From Methylophaga sp. (GTDB lineage Bacteria; Pseudomonadota; Gammaproteobacteria; Nitrosococcales; Methylophagaceae), in NCBI RefSeq assembly GCF_965655755.1, contig NZ_CBFHHW010000006.1, positions 11,031 to 75,030 of the forward strand: a stretch of 64,000 nt of DNA. Reading direction: 5' to 3'. The notes under the pieces are model-generated. The model was not told the DNA's origin. It saw only the letters and a program-made list of their open reading frames with translations, and did no database searches. The translations under genes and the position numbers were made by a program. Within the stretch, counting starts at the first letter, position 1. The number at the start of each line of letters is the position of its first letter. Below, in pieces: positions 28,313 to 37,118 of the stretch.

Positions 28313-29779
28313 ATGAGTGAAGTGGTAAATCCCGCTAAGGCGGATATTGGTCTGGTTGGTTTGGCTGTAATGGGGCAAAATCTGGTTCTGAATATGAACG
28401 ACAATGGTTTTACCGTTTCAGTTTATAACCGGACAACCAGTAAAGTAGATGAATTCCTGGAAGGGCCTGCAAAGGGTACCAATATTCTTGGGTTTCATGA
28501 ATTAAAATCATTTGTCGAAAGCCTGAAAGCACCACGTAGAGTGATGCTGATGGTAAAAGCGGGACCTGTTGTTGATGCCTTCATTGAACAACTGGTGCCT
28601 TATCTTGATAAGGGCGACATCATTATCGATGGTGGTAACTCGCTTTATAACGATAGTGACCGCCGCACGCATCAATTACACAAAAAAGGCATTCTGTTTA
28701 TCGGCAGTGGTGTTTCAGGTGGTGAAGAAGGCGCACGTCATGGACCGTCTTTAATGCCTGGTGGTAATAATGCGGCATGGCCTCATATCAAACCTATTTT
28801 TCAATCGATTGCGGCCAAAGTAGATGGTGAAGCATGCTGTGACTGGGTGGGTAATGATGGTGCCGGTCACTATGTGAAAATGGTGCACAATGGTATCGAA
28901 TACGGCGATATGCAGCTTATCTGTGAGGCATACCAGATGATGCGTGAAGGTCTGGGCATGAGCGGAGATGACATTCAGCAGGTATTTGCTGAATGGAATG
29001 ACGGGGTGTTGGACTCATATCTGATCGAAATTACCCGCGATATTCTTGCCGTCAAAGATGATAACGGAGCATTGCTGGTTGATAGTATTCTGGATACTGC
29101 TGGCCAGAAAGGTACGGGTAAATGGACTGGTATGAATGCACTGGACTTGGGTATCCCGCTTACGCTGATCGGTGAAGCGGTATTTTCCCGTTGTCTGTCA
29201 GCGCGAAAAGAGGAGCGTGTTCGCGCCTCGAAAGTATTACCGGCTATTTCAGCTACATTTGATGGCGACAAAAAAGAAATGGTGAATGCCATTCGTGATG
29301 CCTTGTACGCCTCAAAAATTATTTCCTATGCGCAGGGTTATATGTTGATGCGGGAAGCGGCAGAAATATATGGTTGGGAACTTAACTATGGCGGTATCGC
29401 TTTGATGTGGCGTGGTGGATGTATCATCCGCAGTCAGTTTCTGAGTAAAATCCGTGATGCGTTTGATTTAAATCCAAAGCTTGAAAATCTGTTATTGGAT
29501 GATTTCTTTATTGATGCGATTACAGAGGCTTTACCTGGCTGGCGTAAAGCTGTGGGTACGGCAGTAGCGCTGGGTGTTCCGGTGCCGACCTTCAGCAGCG
29601 CTTTGTCATTCTATGATGGTTATCGCAGTGAACGTTTGCCGGCTAACCTGTTGCAGGCGCAACGTGATTATTTTGGTGCCCATACCTATGAGCGTATTGA
29701 TAAACCCCGCGGCGAATTTTTCCATACCAACTGGACAGGTCGGGGCGGTAATATCTCAGCCTCAACTTACGATGTCTAA
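28313..29779 (+). CDS. gnd: 6-phosphogluconate dehydrogenase, decarboxylating
   Basis: [41 protein letters not shown]. Confidence 0.98.
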   Translation: MSEVVNPAKADIGLVGLAVMGQNLVLNMNDNGFTVSVYNRTTSKVDEFLEGPAKGTNILGFHELKSFVESLKAPRRVMLMVKAGPVVDAFIEQLVPYLDKGDIIIDGGNSLYNDSDRRTHQLHKKGILFIGSGVSGGEEGARHGPSLMPGGNNAAWPHIKPIFQSIAAKVDGEACCDWVGNDGAGHYVKMVHNGIEYGDMQLICEAYQMMREGLGMSGDDIQQVFAEWNDGVLDSYLIEITRDILAVKDDNGALLVDSILDTAGQKGTGKWTGMNALDLGIPLTLIGEAVFSRCLSARKEERVRASKVLPAISATFDGDKKEMVNAIRDALYASKIISYAQGYMLMREAAEIYGWELNYGGIALMWRGGCIIRSQFLSKIRDAFDLNPKLENLLLDDFFIDAITEALPGWRKAVGTAVALGVPVPTFSSALSFYDGYRSERLPANLLQAQRDYFGAHTYERIDKPRGEFFHTNWTGRGGNISASTYDV

Positions 29780-29799
29780 CGGTTTAATTTGATGAGAAT

Positions 29800-29827
29800 A
29801 AAAAGGCGGTCAGAGACCGCCTTTTTT
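29800..29827. terminator. Bidirectional intrinsic terminator
   Basis: AAAAAGGCGGTC-aga-GACCGCCTTTTTT. Confidence 0.9.
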
Positions 29828-29830
29828 GTA

Positions 29831-30724
29831 TCAGGAATGCGGCTTTCCCGTGAGCTGAGCTAATCGCGTTTTCCGTTTTAGTGTCAGCATCTGGTTGGGT
29901 TCACCGACAATGTAGATATTGCCATCATTATCTACAGCCACACCTTCTGGCTGTTTCATTATTGGCCATAAGTTAAGCAGACCTGCTTTCAGCGATAGCG
30001 ATGAAACCGCAATCCCCTGTAGATTGAGTGCATGCAGGCTCTGAGATTCTTCACTCAAGACCAACAGATACTCTTCGTCACCATCGTGCAGCATGCTGAT
30101 TCCGGCATAATCTGAAACATCAAAAGGTAGCTCATTGTTAAGCCTGGATGCATCGAATTGAGGCTCGGCATCATGCATGGTGTGATGCATGACCTTAGGG
30201 GGCTGTTCATGGGCAACAAAAAAACCATAACGTGCCGACCAGGTAACACCTTCGAGGCCTTTATTATTATCGTTGGCCCAGTCCAGAGGGACATGTTGCG
30301 TCTCAGCATAGTCAATGCTGACCGTGTCAGAATCAATATAGAAAAACACTAAGCGATGGCGACGCTCTTCGGATACCACGAACAAGCCATTACCAAGGTA
30401 ATCAATACTTTCAGTATCAGAAAAGCCGTCCAGCGTAATACGACGAATTACCTCTCCTTGTTTGCTGAGTTCAATCATTTCTTCAGGGTTATTCAACACC
30501 GCATAAAGGTGATCACTCTCCGGGTGATAGGTCAGCCCAGACAGATTATCTTTGATTGTTTTTAGGGTGACCGGTTGACCAATATCATAGTGATAGTTGA
30601 GGTCCCATTCGGAAACATGTGCCTGAGCATCTGGGGTGAATGGCTTGTTGATAATAATAAGCCCCAACAGCAGAAAGCCGAGAGCGACTGAAAGGTATTG
30701 CAACTGTCCCGATTTTTGTCTCAT
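29831..30724 (-). CDS. SdiA-regulated domain (YjiK-like) beta-propeller protein
   Basis: NLSGLTYHP, D.ESI.Y, NKGLEGVTW, QPEGVAVD..G.IYIVGEPN. Confidence 0.85.
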   Translation of the reverse strand: MRQKSGQLQYLSVALGFLLLGLIIINKPFTPDAQAHVSEWDLNYHYDIGQPVTLKTIKDNLSGLTYHPESDHLYAVLNNPEEMIELSKQGEVIRRITLDGFSDTESIDYLGNGLFVVSEERRHRLVFFYIDSDTVSIDYAETQHVPLDWANDNNKGLEGVTWSARYGFFVAHEQPPKVMHHTMHDAEPQFDASRLNNELPFDVSDYAGISMLHDGDEEYLLVLSEESQSLHALNLQGIAVSSLSLKAGLLNLWPIMKQPEGVAVDNDGNIYIVGEPNQMLTLKRKTRLAQLTGKPHS

Positions 30725-30860
30725 AGCAAACCTATATGGGCCATTAAAGTAACAGTAATCTAGCGTAGTAAGCTTAATTCAAGATGAATATGCCCTGATT
30801 AACGCATAAAAAAATGACGGCATGATGACAATAGATTGAAGGCTAAGGGGGGAGCGCCAA

Positions 30861-31931
30861 TCAGATCAAAAGCGATACAGCTTTGACTTGGGCAAATACA
30901 GTTTTACCGGCGACTAATTTAAGGTGATCGGCAGATTTGGCGGTGATGCGGCTAAGGATGATCTGCCCACCCACGTTAAGACGGATCAATTTTAGCGAAC
31001 TTCCCTCACTGAGCATTGATTCAATGGTGGCAGGAAGAATATTTAAAATGCTTGTTTGTTCGGGGTGTTGAAGGGAAACACTGACATCACGTGCCATAAT
31101 TCTCAACCGGACTTTATCGCCCTGGTTTAAGTTGTTCCGATTTACCGTGATGTTTCCACCGGCAAAGGCTAGTGAGCTTAGTCCATATAGATCATCATGT
31201 GCAGTGACAACAGTATCGAGCACGGCGGCGGCTTCTTCGTAATGGGCAAAAGGCAGGGTAAGCTGGGACAACATTTCCACTGTCCGGCCACTGGCCAATT
31301 GCTGCCCTTTTTCTAAAAGAAGCAGGTTATTACTTAAACGAGCGACTTCATCCATTTGATGACTGACATACAGCATCGGTATATCTAACTCACAATGTAA
31401 CGATTGAATATAGCGCAGGATTTCATGTTTATGTGCGATATCAACCGCAGCGAGCGGTTCATCAAATAACAACACCGCAGGTGAGGTAGCTACTGCACGG
31501 GCAATAGCAACACGTTGTTTTTCACCACCTGAAAGATTTTCAACGCTGCGATTCAATAGCGGTGCGAGGGCAAGTAAATCAATCGCTTGCTCCAGAGAGA
31601 CACGGCGTTTATTTTTTGTCTGACGTTTGAGACCAAACTGCAAATTATCAAATACATTGAGGTGTGGGAAAAGACTGGCATCCTGAAACACAAAACCAAT
31701 ATCACGTTGATGGGCAGGTTTGAAATAATGCTCATCCTGCCAGATTTTATCGGCCATTTTGATAAAACCGGTAGCCGAGCTTTCCAGTCCTGCAATGGCG
31801 CGCATCAAACTGGTTTTGCCACAGCCTGATGGACCAAAAACAGCGGTTACCTGACTGGATGACACGCTCAAACTAGCGTTGACATCAAAGTCTTTACGGG
31901 GAATCTTGAGTTTAACATCGAGACTACTCAT
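30861..31931 (-). CDS. modC: Molybdate ABC transporter ATPase ModC
   Basis: GPSGCGKTS, LSGGEKQR, FDEPLA, C-terminal TOBE (SILNILPA). Confidence 0.95.
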   Translation of the reverse strand: MSSLDVKLKIPRKDFDVNASLSVSSSQVTAVFGPSGCGKTSLMRAIAGLESSATGFIKMADKIWQDEHYFKPAHQRDIGFVFQDASLFPHLNVFDNLQFGLKRQTKNKRRVSLEQAIDLLALAPLLNRSVENLSGGEKQRVAIARAVATSPAVLLFDEPLAAVDIAHKHEILRYIQSLHCELDIPMLYVSHQMDEVARLSNNLLLLEKGQQLASGRTVEMLSQLTLPFAHYEEAAAVLDTVVTAHDDLYGLSSLAFAGGNITVNRNNLNQGDKVRLRIMARDVSVSLQHPEQTSILNILPATIESMLSEGSSLKLIRLNVGGQIILSRITAKSADHLKLVAGKTVFAQVKAVSLLI

Positions 31932-32602
31932 GAGCGTAAAACACTAAAGCGTCGATTGAGCCCATAAACCGCCATCAGCATAAGAAATGATAACAACAAT
32001 AAAATAGCGGATAGCCAATGGGCCTGCGTGTATTGCAGTGATTCAACATGGTCATAAATGGCAATAGAAATGACTTTGGTTGAACCCGGAATATTGCCAC
32101 CAATCATCAACACAACACCGAACTCACCAATAGTATGAGCAAATCCCAATACCGCCGCCGTCAGGAAACCCGGCCTCGCCATCGGCACCATAACACTGAA
32201 GAATCGATCAACCGGACCGGCGCGTAATGTTGCTGCCTGCTCCATAACGTTATTACCAATAGCGGTAAAGACATTTTGCAACGGCTGAACCACGAAAGGC
32301 AGCGAGTAAAATACAGAGCCAATCACCAGGCCGGTAAAGGTAAAAGCCAGAGGTCTGCCACCCAGCGCCTCAGACAAACCACCGATGGGACCATGGGGAC
32401 CGAGCATTATGAGTAAGTAAAAACCAAGCACGGTAGGCGGTAATACCAACGGTAAAGCAATAACCGTTTCAATTAAGAATTTATAGCGCCATTGACTCCG
32501 AGCCAGCCACCAGGCAAGAGGGGTACCAATCAACAATAAGATGACGGTGGTGATAGCTGCCAGTTTGAGTGTGATGGCAAAAGCCATTAAATCAGCATGC
32601 AT
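31928..32602 (-). CDS. modB: Molybdate ABC transporter permease ModB
   Basis: LPLVLPPTVLGFYLL, FAHTIGEFGVVLMIGGNIPG. Confidence 0.96.
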   Translation of the reverse strand: MHADLMAFAITLKLAAITTVILLLIGTPLAWWLARSQWRYKFLIETVIALPLVLPPTVLGFYLLIMLGPHGPIGGLSEALGGRPLAFTFTGLVIGSVFYSLPFVVQPLQNVFTAIGNNVMEQAATLRAGPVDRFFSVMVPMARPGFLTAAVLGFAHTIGEFGVVLMIGGNIPGSTKVISIAIYDHVESLQYTQAHWLSAILLLLSFLMLMAVYGLNRRFSVLRS

Positions 32603-32604
32603 TG

Positions 32605-33345
32605 TCAGGACACTTCATAGCCATAGTCTCGAATGATTTGTTTGGCCTTTGCACTCTGAATAAAGTCCATAAAAACTTTGATGCCGATCTTATTCGTAAG
32701 TCGGACGGCGTCTTGCTCGATCGGCTGGTAAAGTTCAGCAGGAACCATCCAGAAACTGCCTGTTTCCAGTTTCATTCGCTGTTTAATTTGAGCTAAGGCA
32801 ACAAAGCCCAGCTCGGCATTACCACTTTCAATAAAGTGATATGCCTGTCCAATGTTCTCTCCGCGTACGATTTTCTCCTGCAAAGGTTGCCACAGTCTTT
32901 TCGATTGCAAAAATTGTTGCGCTGCCAGGCCATAAGGCGCAAGTTTGGGATTCGCTATGGAAAGGTGCCTGAATGACATTGACGAGAGTATCGCTGCTTC
33001 CGAATCGATCAAATCAGGATCGCCACTCCAGAGTACGATCTTGCCAGTAGCATAAGTAAAGCGGGAACCGGACACGATGTAATGGTTTAGCTCCAGTTGC
33101 TTTGGACGGAACGTATCCGCAGCGAAAAAGGCATCAAACGGTGCTCCATTGAGTATCTGGGCATAGAGTTTCCCGGTCGAGCCCGATATCAGAATGACTT
33201 CATGCGCTGACTGTAATTCAAACTCATGAACCAGTTTTGCCATCACATGACTGAAATTACTGGCAACAGCCACTTTGAGTTGAGCAGCATTAAGCTGAAA
33301 AGGCAAAAAAAGCAGAATTAGTAAAAGCAGCTTTTTAAAATGCAT
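32605..33345 (-). CDS. modA: Molybdate-binding protein ModA
   Basis: VAVASNF, GSTGKLYAQI.NGAPFD, ANPKLAPYG. Confidence 0.95.
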   Translation of the reverse strand: MHFKKLLLLILLFLPFQLNAAQLKVAVASNFSHVMAKLVHEFELQSAHEVILISGSTGKLYAQILNGAPFDAFFAADTFRPKQLELNHYIVSGSRFTYATGKIVLWSGDPDLIDSEAAILSSMSFRHLSIANPKLAPYGLAAQQFLQSKRLWQPLQEKIVRGENIGQAYHFIESGNAELGFVALAQIKQRMKLETGSFWMVPAELYQPIEQDAVRLTNKIGIKVFMDFIQSAKAKQIIRDYGYEVS

Positions 33346-33367
33346 TCATTTATCCCAATGAGACAAG

Positions 33368-33391
33368 CGATATGCATCATCACGCATATCG
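33368..33391. promoter_or_regulatory. ModE-type operator upstream of modA
   Basis: Perfect palindrome CGATATGC-N8-GCATATCG. Confidence 0.75.
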
Positions 33392-33404
33392 GATGGCAAA
33401 AAAT

Positions 33405-33746
33405 CTAGCCGGGTAGTTTTTCTGCTTGTTGGCTTAGAAACTGTTCAAACTCACGATCAGTCTGACGGTATGTAGCGACAGCTTCTTTGCCAGTTTCGGT
33501 GAGTTCAGCATGACCGCCACCACGCCCGCCTGAGCTAAGCTTGGTTAGCGGCCTGTCACTGTGTTCGTTCATTGATTTGACCAGTTTCCAGGCGTAGCGA
33601 TAGGACATACCCAAGGCCGCCGAGGCAGCGCTCAGCGAGCCTAATTCATCAATTTTCTCTAATAATTCAACCCGTCCATGACCAATTATGGTGCCCGCTG
33701 GGCCTTCAATCCATAATCTGCCATGTACGGTAAATTGCGAAGCCAT
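33405..33746 (-). CDS. modE: Short ModE-family winged-HTH regulator lacking Mop/TOBE domains
   Basis: GHGRVELLEKIDELGSLSAAS..LGMSYRYAW, GGRGGG.AELT; ends at 113 aa. Confidence 0.85.
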   Translation of the reverse strand: MASQFTVHGRLWIEGPAGTIIGHGRVELLEKIDELGSLSAASAALGMSYRYAWKLVKSMNEHSDRPLTKLSSGGRGGGHAELTETGKEAVATYRQTDREFEQFLSQQAEKLPG

Positions 33747-33775
33747 GATATTTTTCCAAACAGACGATAATTTAT

Positions 33776-33799
33776 CGTAATGTATGAACATGCATAACG
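33776..33799. promoter_or_regulatory. Second ModE-type operator upstream of modE
   Basis: CGTAATGT-N8-GCATAACG, same 8-8-8 geometry. Confidence 0.65.
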
Positions 33800-33805
33800 C
33801 AATCT

Positions 33806-33836
33806 AAAAAAACGGCGATGTCGCCATCGCCGCTTT
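33806..33836 (-). terminator. Intrinsic terminator after psiE-like gene
   Basis: CGGCGATG-4 nt-CATCGCCG with T-run on minus strand. Confidence 0.8.
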
Positions 33837-33859
33837 AAAAGCCTTTCATCGCGTTATGA

Positions 33860-34258
33860 TCAGCTTTTAACCTTTTCCTGCATTGTTTTGCAGTAATGAA
33901 TGACGATAATCGAACCACCTAATAGCAGTATCGCTGAGGTAATCCCCATAATTCGCCAGGTATCGAGATTTTTCATATCGAGGATCAGATAGCGAGCCAA
34001 TGCAACAATTGCGATATACAGCGGTATCTTGATCGGTAGTTCACCGGATTCGTAATACACTGCGACCATGGTCAGTACTTCGAGATAGATAAACAGCAAC
34101 AATAGATCGGTTAACGATACATAGTTGTTATCCACCATAATCTTGATTTCGATGCCAATCGCAACCAAAGTTGCAAGTGCAACAACAACCAAACCAAAGT
34201 CCTGTGCCAGAGCGAGTGAACGACTCACCGTTTTTTTAACATGATGTACCATAAGCAT
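33860..34258 (-). CDS. PsiE-family membrane protein
   Basis: DLLLLFIYLEV..M...YY.SG.LP...PLYIAIVALAR. Confidence 0.85.
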   Translation of the reverse strand: MLMVHHVKKTVSRSLALAQDFGLVVVALATLVAIGIEIKIMVDNNYVSLTDLLLLFIYLEVLTMVAVYYESGELPIKIPLYIAIVALARYLILDMKNLDTWRIMGITSAILLLGGSIIVIHYCKTMQEKVKS

Positions 34259-34449
34259 TTCTCCTATTGCCTATTAAACACCACACATCAGAATGACTGT
34301 TTTTTAAACATGCTCTTGAGAGTTGTTTAAGAAGCAGAGATTTAGCGTGTGGTCGGGGGATACTACCAGAAAAAATTATTAGAAGTTGTCTCGTTTTCCG
34401 TAATTTTCGACAAACTGGAACCAGAGTCAAATATGGAAGTACAGAATAG

Positions 34450-34689
34450 TTAGATAATTTTAAGTGTCAGATAGGGGACGAGATTAAACACAATGATGAG
34501 AATTTTATAGAAAGCGAGGTAGTGAAAATAAGCTGGTTTAAGCGATGCTCTTTCCAGCCCGGTCAATTTCTGGTGAACTCTGATAACAAGCGATCGAAAA
34601 AGAGTCAGCATCAGGGTGCTGAATATCAGTAAAGCCACATTGATGACTGTCATCCAGCCAAATAAAGCGATCAATGAATCTATTGTCAT
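34450..34689 (-). CDS. Small membrane protein (DUF6868-like)
   Basis: FGWMTVIN..LL, Y..LA.YKILIIVFNLVPY. Confidence 0.7.
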   Translation of the reverse strand: MTIDSLIALFGWMTVINVALLIFSTLMLTLFRSLVIRVHQKLTGLERASLKPAYFHYLAFYKILIIVFNLVPYLTLKII

Positions 34690-34708
34690 AAGCATGGGGT
34701 CGGCCGAG

Positions 34709-34930
34709 TTACCGCCGCCGCCCTCCCACAAGTAATAATACAACACCTACACCAATTGCCCCGGCACCGGCCCAGGTTGGTATCGCCACGTTCTCTTTTT
34801 CTTGAACTTCGAGTTCAAGTGGCCCCAATTTGGCTTCATGGGTCTCTTTGGTAAAACTGAAACCACCATAGACCAGACCGGCAGTGCCAGCGATAATCAA
34901 TAAAACGCCGATAATACGCGTAAACGTCAT
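34709..34930 (-). CDS. Small two-TM protein (DUF3185-like)
   Basis: RBS AAGGA; IGVLLIIAG..GLVYGGF..TKE.H....GP.E; PTWAG. Confidence 0.8.
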   Translation of the reverse strand: MTFTRIIGVLLIIAGTAGLVYGGFSFTKETHEAKLGPLELEVQEKENVAIPTWAGAGAIGVGVVLLLVGGRRR

Positions 34931-34942
34931 TGTGGATTCCTT

Positions 34943-35086
34943 TTATTCATGGCCTGGTGCATTTTCACTGTTACCCGGACCATCAGGATCATGACCTGGC
35001 GGGACCTTATGATGCAAGTGACCATGACAGGCGGTTAAACTGAATATAACAACTAAAGCTGATGCAAGTAACCACTTTCTAGTCAT
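34943..35086 (-). CDS. 47-aa His/Pro-rich lipoprotein (below ORF-track cutoff)
   Basis: MTRKWLLASALVVIFSLTAC-HGHLHHKVPPGHDPDGPGNSENAPGHE; RBS GGGAG; lipobox LTAC; stop 12 bp before next gene. Confidence 0.8.
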   Translation of the reverse strand: MTRKWLLASALVVIFSLTACHGHLHHKVPPGHDPDGPGNSENAPGHE

Positions 35087-35191
35087 TCAGGGCTCCCTGA
35101 TTTTTAAAATAGAAGAAAACCATATCATGCTGGTTTTATAAATTCATGTGGTGGAGGGGAGGTCGTCGACGCTGTGGGGCTTAAACGTTCT

Positions 35192-35425
35192 TTATTCTGC
35201 CATCGTTTCCTTGAACGCAGATTCAACCTGAATCATTTCAGGTTGCCACAATTGCGATAAATCTTCATTGGAACGAAATTGCTGTGTTTCCGGTTCCGGT
35301 TTTTCATAGCGATCGGACGACATCAAAGCCCGGGTCGCACAGCCAGACGCCGCCACCATAACAAATAAGAGGCATAAAAAGCGTAACCCTCGACTACCAA
35401 CATCTCTGACTGACCCTATGAACAT
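35192..35425 (-). CDS. Small hypothetical lipoprotein (start uncertain)
   Basis: Hydrophobic stretch with lipobox ASGC. Confidence 0.55.
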   Translation of the reverse strand: MFIGSVRDVGSRGLRFLCLLFVMVAASGCATRALMSSDRYEKPEPETQQFRSNEDLSQLWQPEMIQVESAFKETMAE

Positions 35426-35501
35426 ATATTGCTCCTGTGATGAACATCCCGATGCTATCGCAAAGTCAGTTTTTATGTTGAGTTTTATTGTTCTACAGCC
35501 A

Positions 35502-35786
35502 TCACTTTGCTGGTGTCATGTAAGGCTCGTAGTTTTCAATGTAATCATTGATGTTTTCCTCGAGCATTTTTCGGTATTCTGCCATGAAATAGTCAATGAC
35601 TTCCTGTTTATGTTCACTCATTTCTTCAGCACTATCAAAACCACATGCACTCAGCCAGGCATTGAATCTCGCTGTGCTATACATCATCGAGGCACTGACT
35701 TTTCCTCGACTGATCGAGTCAGATATTTGTTCATTTGATAAATAAATGTGCGCGTCTGCCCGTTCAAAAAATGTTTCATCATCCAC
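35502..35786 (-). CDS. DUF3144-family protein
   Basis: FFERADAHI.LSNEQ, SASMMYSTARFNAW, Y..MLEEN..DY. Confidence 0.85.
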   Translation of the reverse strand: MDDETFFERADAHIYLSNEQISDSISRGKVSASMMYSTARFNAWLSACGFDSAEEMSEHKQEVIDYFMAEYRKMLEENINDYIENYEPYMTPAK

Positions 35787-35882
35787 TTGTAGGTTGGCTC
35801 CTATAATTTCGTTTTATAATAAAAAACCGCAGGAAGCTCATACATCAGCCTTCCTGCGGCATCATTAGTTTTAATAAAGGGA

Positions 35883-36284
35883 TTACTTATTTCGTTTACA
35901 TTTGCACAGGCAATCGACACTCCAGCTACCACCACCGGCAAATACAAAGTAGAGGAATACAAAGCTAAACAGGGTTGCAAGTTCACCACCATTATTCAAT
36001 GGCCAGAAATCCTGTGGTGCGTGGGCAATAAAATAGGCAAACGCCATTAAGCCTGATAAAAGGAATGCAACGGGTCGTGTAAACAGACCAATAAGCAGCA
36101 AAAATCCACCAAATAATTCTAATGTACCAGCCACGCCTGACATTGAAAATAAATCAAACGGATAGCGCTGTTCAGCCGGAAAGCCAAAAATTTTCTGAGC
36201 ACCATGCTGCATAAACAGGAATGCTGAAATAATACGAACGACACTTAATACGCGTGGTTGCCATGCGGAAAGAAAGTTTTCCAT
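35883..36284 (-). CDS. DoxX-family membrane protein
   Basis: RIISAFLFMQHG.QK.FG, GLFTRPVAF, NGGELA, G.WSVD. Confidence 0.92.
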   Translation of the reverse strand: MENFLSAWQPRVLSVVRIISAFLFMQHGAQKIFGFPAEQRYPFDLFSMSGVAGTLELFGGFLLLIGLFTRPVAFLLSGLMAFAYFIAHAPQDFWPLNNGGELATLFSFVFLYFVFAGGGSWSVDCLCKCKRNK

Positions 36285-36316
36285 TTTCTCTTCTCCTCGT
36301 TAATTTATAGATTTTT

Positions 36317-36751
36317 TTAGGGTTCTTCGTCTACGTCATCCATATCGGCCTGGCCCGATAAGCGGCGTCTGACATGTGACCATGACATTCCTACAGCCAA
36401 CACCGCGGCGATAAGGAATAAGACGATAAAGCTTAATACGGTAACGTTATCAATGCCGAGCAGCCCAAGATCGACTAGCCACCAGATAATGATAGAAAAT
36501 AAACCTATTGCCAGCAATAAGCCAAAACCACCTAGTGATCGCAGTGTTGCTCTGAGATAAATCGTCCAGCCAATTAGGAGGATAATTGAGACTAAGGCGA
36601 AGGGAGGTGATAGCAGAATAGCATCACCAAACAGCACATCTTTCGCCCAATTATAATAACTTAAATCGGTGGGGTTATAAGTAACGTAAACCAACGCAAG
36701 AGCAAAGACAAAGCGAAGAAAAAAGCCTTGTGAATTGAATTTCTGAGCCAT
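36317..36751 (-). CDS. DUF6524-like membrane protein
   Basis: YNPT..SY..W, LRATLRSLG..G, LA.GMSWSHVRRRLSGQ.D.DDV. Confidence 0.8.
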   Translation of the reverse strand: MAQKFNSQGFFLRFVFALALVYVTYNPTDLSYYNWAKDVLFGDAILLSPPFALVSIILLIGWTIYLRATLRSLGGFGLLLAIGLFSIIIWWLVDLGLLGIDNVTVLSFIVLFLIAAVLAVGMSWSHVRRRLSGQADMDDVDEEP

Positions 36752-36842
36752 ACAAATCCTTGATGTATTCGTCGAAGGTCAGGCCATCATAGCGTTTAGA
36801 ATGGGTTTCGGAAACCCGTGTTGAGTTTAAGTATGCGAGGCG

Positions 36843-37118
36843 TTAGCGAATTTGAAAATCGCTGAATTGGTCAGTGGCGGGTTGTTCGCTGATCGTAACG
36901 TTGCTGACTTTCGCAAAGCAGGGACCTTTTTCTGCCCATGCCATCATTTTCTGCAATGCAGCTTCATCTCCTTCAACAAGCATTTCAACGCGGCCATCAG
37001 GCAGATTTTTCACCCAGCCCATCAATCCTAACTGTTGCGCTTTTTCCCATGCACTGACACGGTAACTGACACCCTGAACGTGGCCGCTTATCAGTAAATG
37101 ATGCTGTTTTATTCCCAT
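36843..37118 (-). CDS. acyP: Acylphosphatase
   Basis: [27 protein letters not shown]. Confidence 0.95.
   Translation of the reverse strand: MGIKQHHLLISGHVQGVSYRVSAWEKAQQLGLMGWVKNLPDGRVEMLVEGDEAALQKMMAWAEKGPCFAKVSNVTISEQPATDQFSDFQIR

Noticed and set aside
29831-30724. SdiA-regulated protein as a sign of quorum sensing
   Set aside because: The domain name is historical; no LuxI/LuxR genes are present.
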